Shown piece by piece: positions 12,501-23,573 of a stretch of DNA of 64,000 nt. Every line of letters begins with the position of its first letter. Position 1 is the stretch's first letter. Origin of the DNA: Tubulanus polymorphus (Eukaryota > Animalia > Nemertea); NCBI RefSeq assembly GCF_964204645.1, contig NC_134027.1, forward strand, positions 4,682,485-4,746,484. Direction: 5' to 3'. The notes below the pieces were generated by a model, which made no database searches, was not told the DNA's origin, and saw only the letters and a program-made list of their open reading frames with translations. The position numbers and the translations under genes were made by a program.

Positions 12501-15500
12501 GTTCTATCAATTATATATCATTCAGGAAAAATGCTACTGGTAATGTTAAAGATATCTGTGAAGATGTTGTATCTGCCTTTAAGCAGTATGCCATCTGCAG
12601 TTCGGTTCAGAAAGCTATTGAACAAGAAATGAAAGTAGTTTTTGGTGATAAACAGGATGAAACACTTTTAGCAGTGCGCTCATCTGCTGCAGGTAATTAG
12701 TGCGCTATCTTAATTAAGATGTTTTTGACAATGATTGTTGAATATTTCACCCATATTTTTCAATCAATAATTATACTGTGTTTGTTATTTCAGGTGAAGA
12801 TGGTACTGAGATGTCTGCTGCTGGGCAAATGGATACAATACTTGGTGTGAAAGGTTTTCTGCAGGTTTGATCTCTTTTTTTTGTACACGTCCTAAAAAAC
12901 TGGATGTATTTTTGTATTGTAAATATTGGCAGGATTATTTTCTATTTTAGAAATAATTGATAACTTTGTATTTCTATCTTTAGATATTACATTGAAATCA
13001 TGGTAAGATTTTGATGTTTTCCATGTTTTTTGTTTTCTTGGTGTTTGATTGTGTTAGGTTTCTGCATTTCGTATTTGGTTTCAATAGCTTTCTATTTATC
13101 AAGCCTAGACTTAAGACCTATGTAAGACCATCTTAGTTCTATAACAAATCTTACAACTTTAGACCAGTCTTAAGATTTAAGACTATTATGGACTCGACTA
13201 TGGAACTGGCCCCTGAAATTTTATTTATCTTGTGATAAGACTTTAAATTGCTCTTGTTTTTGTGTATCATAGTTTTGTAGCCGTATTAGCTGGGATGTAT
13301 TCCAGTTCCAAGAGCTTTCATCGGTAGTATAGATAAAAAACCTAAAGCATAGTCTTATAGCCTTTTCTTTATAAAACGTCTATGATTATTTCTATCATAT
13401 AGTTTAGGCAAAACTCAAGGGTTTTTCTCATTTAGATTAAAACTTTCTTCGGTTTTGAGTTTTGTTTATGCCTACCCTGCTTTACTCACCATCTCATTTA
13501 TGCAAGCACCTTATAGTTTAGTCAAGAGTTAATTGCATTGATTATGAAATGTTGTATCTTTAAGGTTTTTGATGCAGTTGTGAAGTGTTGGGCATCTCAG
13601 TATGCTTATCAAGCTGTAGAATATAGAAGGTCCGTAAAAACTTTGTTGTGAAACTGATTTCAACTCCCCTGTCATATCTATTAGTGTGTTTATAAAGGGA
13701 CAGAAAATTCATACACATTTGTCTTCCCAAATACATTGATTAATATCAGAGATTTTTCTACGCCTTCCTATCCACACAAATGAATATGTAGGAAAATAAA
13801 TCCATGTCCCCGTGATGTTTTCGTAAAAACATATTTTTAATGAAATAGACAACATGGTCAGCCTTTACGCTCGGTGATGGGTGTAGTTGTTCAAGAGATG
13901 GTCCTATCGGAAGCATCAGGAGTCCTATTCACTCGTGAACCTTTGACCGGTGATCCAGCTGTAATGACCATCAATGCCAACTATGGACTCGGGGAGGCAA
14001 GTTTTATGAAGTGTTCATTTCGTGACCTTTTGATCGGGATCTTGAAAACGTTATCAAATTGAATTTATATTACATCAGACAGTTGTATCCGGTGAGGCAG
14101 AACCTGACACTATTACTTTGTCTCGCACTTGGGATGATAAATTAGCCATACTTGATAAAAAAGTGGGTGAAAAGAAGGTTCAGATGCATGTTCTAGAAGA
14201 CGGAGGCACAGAAATCAAGGAAGTAGGACTAAAGGATATGGCCAAGTGTTGTTTAACAGATGCCATGATTCTTCATTTGGGAAACTTAGGTGTCCTCGTA
14301 AGTACTGGTAACATCAAACATCTTGCCGATATAATAAATGCTTTTTATCACTATCTGTTTATTAAGTACAAATTGTTTCTTTGAATAACAGATGGAAAAA
14401 TACTTTGGGGATCCTCGTGATATTGAATGGGCAGTACATGGTGGCTGTCTATATTTGCTTCAGGTAGGCCTACCGTAAATGACAATTCAGGTGCCCCGCA
14501 GCTTGATAAAATCTTCAAACTCATGCACAAATGTTTTTTCTCAAGGCTCGACCCATTACATCATTCGATACAGAATCTGACTACGAATTGATCCACGAGT
14601 TTGATTCACCGCTGGCCAGTGACAAAGAATGGCTGACCACTGCTAATATCCAGTATGTTGAAAATTTCCATTTGATTTTAAGTGAAACTTTTTGTGGTAG
14701 TATTTTTTTCAGTGTTAATTGTGTTGTATTTATCACTGAATCTTTGTTTCAAGGGAGATGATGCCATCAGCGGTGACTCCGCTGGGATTAGACAATTTTG
14801 GACGATCAATTAATTATGTGTTCCATGTAAGTTTATCAATGTATTATTATGTATGTACCAGCATAAATCATTTCACTGCATTGACAATCACTGTATCTTA
14901 AAATCTAAATATTTCAGAATTTGTACAATGAGCAGCGATTACTTAAACTTGGTAACAATTTGAATCTTTGGAAGTTCATGTCAGTCTGTCGCAATCATCT
15001 ATTCATCAATATCTTTGTAAGTACTGAGTTTTTATTGTTAAAACGTTGTTGACTGCGGCTAGTTGTTGGTTTAATGTGATATGATATTTTATCTCAAGCA
15101 CATGGGTATGACTGGAGAGAACCATGTTGCTGGAAACAATCATGTATACGCAGAAGTTTCTTTATTCGGCGAGACATTGGACAACTATCCAGAGGAGCAG
15201 ATTTTAGAATACACTGGAAAGGGCTCATTTTTCAACAGGCTGTTTGCAGGTTTCAATGGATATTTGGTAATTGTCTAAGTCCTTGCTTATAATCTATGAG
15301 CAGAAATAATTCATTTCTTAAAACACATGAATTGTGCATTTTTTTTCGGGCTGGGCGATATTTAAGAAAATTAAATTAAATTTCTATTTTGAATTTTATC
15401 TGCCTTTGCAGCGGATAAATTTTCAATTTCATCAAAACATCTTTTTTTACCATCAAGGGGAGATATGTAGCAAAGAAGATGACCAAGCGGTGGGAGAATG

Positions 15501-18500
15501 TCTTGAAAACATACAAAATCGATGGTGACAGTGTACAAGAACTGTATGAAAACATAACATTGTATCACCCAGACATGTATCAGGTATGCGTTCTACATGA
15601 ATTCGATACTAGTTTCATAGTAAGATTTCTCAAAGTAACGAAATATATGTACATTTTTTTTATACCTTAGTGTTGGTTTGACACAGTGGGAAATACTTCA
15701 AGTTCTGCTATCTGGAGTTTGCTCATTGTCACTGTTCTATCAAAAGGAAAGACAGGTAAATTTACATTTAGGTGTATCTATACATGCCAGCAGAGATATG
15801 CCACTTAAACTTGAATTTACTGCTAAATATGTAAATCTATTTTAGAGTGGACTGCTGAGATATCAAGCGATGTTGCTATGATATTATCGAAGTGTGAAGA
15901 TGTGTTAAGTGCTGGTGTTCCAGCAAGCATACGGGTAAATACATTGTTTTACAAATACTTAAAACTAATGCTGAATTCTTGTATGAACTTACTCATGTAG
16001 ATGATACATATCCTCATACATCTCATTTATAGGAAATTGCTAGAAGTATTTCTGAAATCGGGAAAGATGATGAATTTCTGAAATTGGATAGCCAGGTTTG
16101 CTAAATTTTGGTTTCGTTCCGTTATAGTGATACACAATGTGATTTAGCATTTTTTGAAAGCACTTTTTATCCAAAATGGTAATTTCTTATTTTCACTATT
16201 GGTTAGACTGCAGTTGAATGGCTGAACTCTGAGGGAAGTGGCAAAGTTAAGAAACAGTTTGCTGATTTCTTAGCACAACATGGACATAGATGCGTGAGAG
16301 AGGTATGATTGATGTGACAGTTTTAGGTAGACATTGACTCATTAATAATTGATTTTGAACAATTTCCTATATTTTTTCTATGATAGGCTGAATTACGCGA
16401 AACGTCTTGGAGATTTGAACCCACCAAATTGATTCCATCCATACAGGTAACTAAACTGCTCAGACTTTTTTTTAATGAAATTATTTTCATATGTTAATCC
16501 CCACACGTTTTCGATATTTTTGTAGGCAATTCTGAAAACCAAACGATTTGAAAATGAGCTAGACCGAGATGTTATGTCCGTGGCAGATACAATAGCTAAA
16601 CTAAAAACACCAACAACAGCTAAAACTAGGTATTACACTACAATACATTGTACATCCAAATTACCAACAAATAATGAAAATAAACTTGGTATTGAGAAAA
16701 TTGTTTTTTCAGATTCATTCTCAAGTGGCTAATCCCTTGGGCGAGAGAAGCAGTTGGAAAAAGAGAGTGGGGAAAAGTTAGTGAAAAATCGTCTATACAC
16801 TGACCACTGATGATTCTTCTTTCATGTTTTTCATCTATTCTAACATTTTCAGTCGATTTCAATTGAAATGATGGAGGCGTTCAAACAAGCTTATTGGAAA
16901 CTAGCAACTTTGATGGTTCAAGAGGTTAGCACAAGCTTCATCTTTGTTCGTCCTGCAGTTAACTTATTTTTCAACGCTGAGTTGATATTATTTTCAGAGT
17001 CGACTTCCTGACAAAGATCTATTGTTTTTCCTGACGCATGATGAAATTGGAAAACTGATCAAGACGAGATCCGCAAGACTCATAGCGAGGTACGTATAAT
17101 GGAACAAATAATTCATCGAAGAACAATCCAGAAATTAACGCTACAATTATATAAAAAATCGAACGAATAAACTTTATTGAACCGCACTGATGAGTATAGC
17201 CTATATCAGGGTGGCCACTGACCTGGAAAACTCAGGGAATCAGAAAAATCTGGAAAAAATCTGGGAAAATTCAGGGAATTTAATAAATTTTAGCAAAAGC
17301 CTGGAAAACTTCGGATAATGTTATTGACCTTGTGTTTCTTTATCATGGCGTGAGTGATCCAGTGAAAAATAATGAATTTTAACATTTTAAATCTAGAAAT
17401 TTCTCTGATTTACTCAGGGAATTTTGTGTAATCACATGGAAAAATCAGAGATTTGTTAATGGGTGGAAAGTGACAAGAATTGATGATAAAATTTACATTT
17501 GAATCGGTTTTTTTCTAGCACCAGCAGTTGCGCTAGTAACTTTTTTCTTTTCACCTTTACCTTTAAACAACTTAGCAACATCTAATACATTATTATGAAC
17601 AGTATTGCTATTAATAACAGATTCTGAATCGTTGAAATGAGTGTCCATTTCTAACTGTATCGGTGTGTATAGATTATACCATTGTTTTGATTGATTACTG
17701 AGTCCGATGTCTGTATATACGTACTGCCATTGAGGCAGACCGAGATGGATCAACATCAGACGATAATATTTGGAAAACGATTCCGCCAGAAAATGCCACT
17801 CGAACGATCGATCGAGGAACCATATCTCCGGATTACTGGACGGAACGCCGGCTTTCGTGTTCTTATAACAGAGCGCTACTTTTCCGTGGCCTTCGCAAGG
17901 ATCTAATTCGAACAGACGACTTCTGGCGTCGAAACGAGGTCTCGCGAGATCCGTTGCGTCGTCGCGATCGACGTCGACAATTGAGGGAGCGTCCTTATTG
18001 ATGCTGTTCAACGTAGCGCCGATGCGACCCAGATGAAGAATGCCGTTCACTTCCATTCGGCCGAGCGCGATTTTCGAATCGATGACCTTCGTCGACCACT
18101 TGACCAACAGTCCATCCATCGACCTGTAAAACTCTTTTAAATCGTCCGGTAAAACGCAGTTATGTCGATGTTCCCAGCTGTAGAGTTCGCTTTGATCGGC
18201 CGGACTGTGACGCGACACCATCACATCACAAACTGTATGACGCTTTTCAAGTGAGGTCAAAATTTCTTGCAGTAGCCTTTCATGAGTCGAGGAGAGTTTT
18301 TTACCCGAGGAAATGTTTGTCTTCTCTTCCATATTCATCTAACCAAATGCTTGTCTTGGAATTGGAAGCCACGGAACGGTCAATACACAGGCTGGAGTGA
18401 GGACAGTCACAGCGCTTTGCCTTTGATTTGAACGTCTACGTATTTCAAGAACCTCTGTTTTGATAGTCTGAGTACCAGGCGATGTACGGAGGATTCCCCT

Positions 18501-19781
18501 ACAACAGGAACATCGGAGCTAGATATTTGACTACTGTATCTGCTGACATCAGTACTGCCTGACATCGTTTTGTTTTGTTTTGTTTACGGAAGTAAAATAT
18601 CAAGGTTTAATCGCATTCCACGCATCCATGTCAGTGTCACTATTTACTGCACAAAAACTACCGAAGTTAGAATCAATTCAAATTCGATTTTATTATTCCG
18701 ACCTAACCGGAGGTTTTTAGTATTTCTATACAACAAACAAATTACAATACAAACCCATGTGCAGTTATACAAGTCTACAAATTGAATTGATCATTAGGAA
18801 ATACACTTGCATTATTGTTTAAAATAACATATATTTATTGTCAATTAATATCTCAATCTAGGGCAACGCGAAGAAGACGTATTTTCCCGTTACAAAGAGA
18901 TCTCCAGTTCCCTGTGTTGAATACTGGGCATCCAATTGCAGTAGGCATTCATTTACGTTATTTCTTTTATTTCGTTATGCATGATTACCTCAATGAGTTC
19001 CATTACTTATTTCAGTTGGATGAAGGCTCAGAATCTGATGATTATTTCGTTACCTCAGTCAGATTGAAAGGTAGGTTTTATCTACTTTATCGTTTTGCCT
19101 TTTCTAATATCTACTTGAATTCAGAGGATACATACTTAACTTTTCTCCTTTTTTCCAGGTGTTCCTGTCAGTTTAGGTAAGATAAAAGGGAAGGCTCGTG
19201 TTGTGAAAAGTTTGAAAGAAGCCGAATCCATTCAGGTACAGTTTACTAACTTTTCCATGACCACTTGATTTGCTTTATTTTTCTGAAGTTAATATTGCCC
19301 AACGAATCGTGATTTATTTAGTAGCTTGAATTCATTGCAGTATGGAGAAATATTGATTGTTTCATACACTGATGTCGGTTGGACCCCATACTTTCCTCTC
19401 ATTAGTGGATTAGTTACAGAAATAGGTGGCCTTCTATCGCATGGTAACTATATATATATTCGATAGTATTATTTCAAATAACTTGCACATCACAAGACCA
19501 TTTAATTTTTTCTTTGTGTAAAATTCAAGGAGCTGTTGTTGCAAGGGAATATGGGTTACCGTGCATTGTGAGCTGCGCTAAAGCTACTTACTCTTTCAAA
19601 TCAGGTAGGAATTGTTAGATGATATCAAACTTTGAAACAATATTAAGATTGAATAAGTTTTGGGTGGGAGTATTAATTGATCATAACTTTAATTTTCTGT
19701 TTTTTAGGGGATAATGTATTTCTGGATGCTACCATTGGAACTATTGAAAGAATAGAGGAAGATGTTTCACGTCAACAATAA
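8168..19781 (+). CDS. Rifampin phosphotransferase/PigC/PEP-synthase-like dikinase (N-terminal TM + beta-barrel-like domain + PPDK_N ATP-grasp + RPH-like central domain + C-terminal His swivel domain), ~39 exons
   Basis: Spliced exons give LVGGKGAQLG, VPNGFC, LAVRSSAAGEDGTEMSAAGQMDTILGV, AVVKCWASQY, MGVVVQEMV...SGVLFTREP, INANYGLGE|TVVSGEAEPD, FGDPRDIEWA, LLQARPIT, LTTANI..MMPSAVTPL, HGHRCVREAELR, GVPVSLGKIKGKARVV and [39 protein letters not shown]. ATG at 8168, TAA at 19779-19781. Confidence 0.92.
8701..9530. mobile_element. Non-autonomous DNA transposon (hAT-like MITE) in intron 2 of the dikinase gene
   Basis: TIRs CAGAGGCGGATCCAG and CTGGATCCTCCCCTG match at 13/15. AGTAT flanks both ends (8696-8700, 9531-9535). 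There are many internal GGGCAC(T) motifs and no transposase ORF. Confidence 0.75.
9543..9575. repeat. (GA)n microsatellite
   Basis: Run of gagagaga next to the MITE end. Confidence 0.9.
13103..13215. repeat. Short interspersed repeat/MITE remnant in an intron
   Basis: Internally repetitive AGACTTAAGACC/GTCTTAAG motifs ending in GGAACTGGCCCCTGA, inside an unusually long intron (12865-13564). Confidence 0.4.
17207..17476. mobile_element. hAT-like MITE remnant (CAGGGTGGCCAC terminus) in the TPGS2 3' UTR / dikinase intron
   Basis: Begins CAGGGTGGCCACTGACC, followed by repeated CTGGAAAA/CAGGGAA subterminal motifs. The right TIR is degenerate. Confidence 0.55.
17493..18338 (-). CDS. TPGS2: Tubulin polyglutamylase complex subunit 2 (SMI1/KNR4-like fold), intronless, nested antisense
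   Basis: 281-aa ORF with WEHRHNCVLPDDLKEFY..MDGLLVKW, PRFDARSRLFELDPCEGHGKVALCY and PEIWFLDRSFEWHFLAESFSKYYRLMLIHLGLPQWQYVYTDIGLS...KQWY, which are characteristic of TPGS2. Confidence 0.9.
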   Translation of the reverse strand: MNMEEKTNISSGKKLSSTHERLLQEILTSLEKRHTVCDVMVSRHSPADQSELYSWEHRHNCVLPDDLKEFYRSMDGLLVKWSTKVIDSKIALGRMEVNGILHLGRIGATLNSINKDAPSIVDVDRDDATDLARPRFDARSRLFELDPCEGHGKVALCYKNTKAGVPSSNPEIWFLDRSFEWHFLAESFSKYYRLMLIHLGLPQWQYVYTDIGLSNQSKQWYNLYTPIQLEMDTHFNDSESVINSNTVHNNVLDVAKLFKGKGEKKKVTSATAGARKKPIQM

Positions 19782-22700
19782 ACAGATACGTTCATATCTA
19801 TTCCAAGGACCTCAAAACATTTATCCCATCAATAAAACGACTTCATTGGAGGGGTCTCAATATGATAAGGATTTAAATGCGTTGACTTGAGTTCTTGAGG
19901 AATTATGACGATGAAACCTGTGTTGAAAAAAGATTATACACGGACTTTTTACGATTTATAAAATTTAATATTTAATTTTATTGAATGTTTTGAAAATGTA
20001 TCTATTCATACAATCAGTATGTATGAAAAATATAATGATAGTTGTTTTACGATATTACGTTTAGTACATATTGTGTTTTTTCTATGTTAATAGAAAGTTG
20101 CTTTCATTTACAATATTTCTTTAATCATATGGGATAAAGTTTTAAAAGTTTATAGGCTTATGCATGTATATGTGTAATTTCTATAGATGCCGTTTACAAA
20201 TTAAAAGTACTTTATACGTAAGGTTTTACTAATAAAGAATGACTATTCACTGAAAAAGTATGATAAAGCAATTATTATCAATGAAAACTTAATTGTCTAT
20301 GGGTTTGTCATTTCATTTTTCTGTTCGTAGAGATACGAAATGTTAACAGCAGCGGATAAATGCAGTAAGGGGTAAATAGATCAAGACTCATGAGTTTGCG
20401 CGCTTGACGCATCCGGATCCGTATCCACACTAAATTCCCCTCAAGAGCATCATCTTCCGTGCTAATTAATTGCGATGATTGGCCGGATGGACCATACGCG
20501 GCAAACCTCAAAAGTAGTAGGTGTCATCGTCCTCTACCTTCCAACTGCTGTAGGTGTAGACGTCTAAAAAAGCTCATTCGGTAGGGCCAACACGGCGGTT
20601 AATGTATGAAGAACACCCTAAGCGCAAATAGTTTGAAATGACGCTCGATGTTTGGAGTTTGTCGCCCGGGTAAGTGGCCCCGGAATAGCTATATCTTAAT
20701 TCAGCTCTGAAAATTACCGCGCGCGTTCGCCGATTTACGTTGCGGGGTCTGCAACCTCATCGACACTCAGCAATCTGTGCATCCATTAATGCTCGATCTC
20801 TGCATTCTATTGGAAAAAGTCAATTTCATCAATTCTATGTCGATAATACTTCTGCGGCCTCACACATGGAGGATACAGTCGATTTTAAAGCTAAATTGAT
20901 TGCTAGTATTTTTGCTTCCGTGTGATTCAAACGACGTCATCAATGAACGACGACAGACACACGCACGAATCAAACGCGCAGTGAACCTTCACCTCATCTC
21001 GTGGATTTATCGCCAGCATTATTTTTTGAGAAAACAGGACCAAGTCAGAATTTTAGGCTATCTCGTCCTCAACGTAAGTACCGGTATATGTACATATATA
21101 TGTTAAATGTAGTGTAGGGTCGAAAATCGTCGTGTCGAATTGTCATTCTACCGATTAGAAATCAATTATAGGCTAAACTGTAAAATTGCTGTTCGATACG
21201 AAGATTTCAATCGACAGTATGAGAAATATCACTTCACTTTCGAAATTCAATCGAACAATTTCTATATGAATATAAATCACGAATGTATTGGTCAGTGAGA
21301 TATAAAGTGACGTATAGTTATTCTTTTTGTATTGTTTTATGAACGGCGGCAGCTATCAGGGTGGACTCAGTAGACCGTAATCAACGACCCCGTTATCAAT
21401 GGCTTCATCATATTTGGCGGGGATGAAGCCGGTCTACCCAATCCGTGTGATGTAACTCTGGTGATGTTTACCGGGACAAAAATCCCCCGGGTGAAATCAG
21501 TCAGAAGTGGAGCTACGCATGGTGCGTACATTCCAATCCAGTAAATGATTTATGAAATTTATATTTCGTAGATGGTGACGTTATTTTTGTAACTGCTCAG
21601 TACATGTATAGGACTGGTACGTTATTGGCTAAAAAGCGTCGATTTATGAAATTTACTTCATCGAAGCAAACCTTGTTCATCATAAATTTTCCGTGGAGAT
21701 GTATAATTGAAACGAGATAATCAACAAGGCCTTACACCGGTATCGAGAAATGACAGTCATCACCAAGGGTGTGGTCATGGGTGTGTCTGACATTTGAGAA
21801 ACAAAATAGACTAATGTGTTCGTCGTTTTAGGCTTAAATTTCTATCAGTCATGTGTTAACCAGTTTATTAATTATACATTGTGGTGCTGCGACGATGCGA
21901 ATCGAATGCGTAATACGATTTAAAAAAAGAACGAAAACATATTGAGTATTTTTGATTAGGCGCGTAGAAAAACGTTTCGCTAGGAATCAATGAGTATTCA
22001 CCCTGTCGTTGAATTCATATCGAGTAAAATCATTTTCGATTCCATTTATCTGTAGGGGCTTTATGTGCGTCGTGTAGTTCTTTGTTCGTAAAAATACTCG
22101 ACGCGTGTTATTAACGAAGAGGTTATCCTACAAAATTTGAATTAAAGAAACCTTAGGTAGCATATTTTCTTCCCCATTAAATATGTAGGCAGCAAAATGT
22201 TACGGGTGTATCACATCTTCGGTTAACAAAGATACATATCTTGTAGCCAATGAGGGTTAACTCGAGATGGTTGTCTATCAATCTCTCCGATAAGTTTACG
22301 CGTTATATATTATTAATTTCGCGGTATAATTAATCAAAGATAGGTTTAATATATCCAGGAACCGTTGCATGCACCTGTGTATCTCACAGCATTTGGATCA
22401 AGAACAACTCAAATAAGAAGCATACGCACGCATTAATGAAATATGTACATAAAATATCGTGGTGAACGATCTAACATCAAACCGTGTCGGTGTAAGTTAC
22501 GATGCTCTCGAGTGACCTGTGTACACAATCCTGCCTGTTAATAGTGTTTTGTTTACCTTGTACACGTAATGCTAAAAACGTTTTTTTTTTGGTGCACATC
22601 AATAACAGGAACAGTAGGCTACCAAATGTTCTTTAAACAAGCACAAACGTGCAACATCGATATAAGTAATAAGTATATCTAGTAATTATCATGTATAAAT

Positions 22701-23573
22701 AACGTCATAAAGAACGCATCGTGTAGACGCAGGCCTTCTTAGCTTTAAATGAACGTTAATCGAGAGTTGAAATTATGCTACTCAGCACAGCTCTCATTTT
22801 CTATGGGAAATTGCTTTCATTATCACGATCGAAAGTCGACCACGCCCGTGGAAATGGTAACGGATGCGGAAATCTGTCGAAAGTTGTAAATCAGGGATCG
22901 CTTCACTGGTCGTTTATTATCAACCCTTCGTAAAGCAACAAATTGGCCACAGACAGTACCGGCCTTAAAATACGCCATGATGTATCATTCTATCACCCTA
23001 AGCTAATGCCCTGCAGCCGATGCTTACGTAATGAGAAAATGATTCTGTATGTTAATCTTGATGATTTGAATAAAATTGGGCCCTAAGTAGAAACTTACTG
23101 CAATGTTGCACTTAATGTACATTTAGAAAAGAAAATCAGTAGAATTGACAATCCTTACCCCAAATTCTATTCACTACCTATTTAGAACGACAAACTCTTC
23201 AAACTAATGTCAGTGTCATATACCCCATGCAGAGCTCAGGGCTATCAGGTTTTAGACCCTTCAGTGCTTGTTTCTTGTTTCAGAGGTTCTGCGAGTTCAG
23301 AAATATCAACGGTTATCTGCGGGCCATGGATAAAATCTACAGCACAACATGAAGTTATGCGATGAGACACACGAGTTTGACATCGAGAACCGTTGAGAAA
23401 ATTGAATTTTGTACCCTTCGATTGTCTCGTATCCCAAAGTCTTCGAGGTATTCATAAACTACACAAAACGATAATGAAAAACGTACCTGAATTTTATCAA
23501 ATATACCTGTTAGTAAATTCAACATTTCTAAATTTAGTAAATTTATCTTCTAACTCGATGTTTTTTGCAGAAT

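Noticed and set aside
8168-19781. Bacterial contamination or recent HGT explaining the RPH-like gene
   Set aside because: It has ~38 spliceosomal introns, host-like composition, a nested animal gene and animal neighbours.
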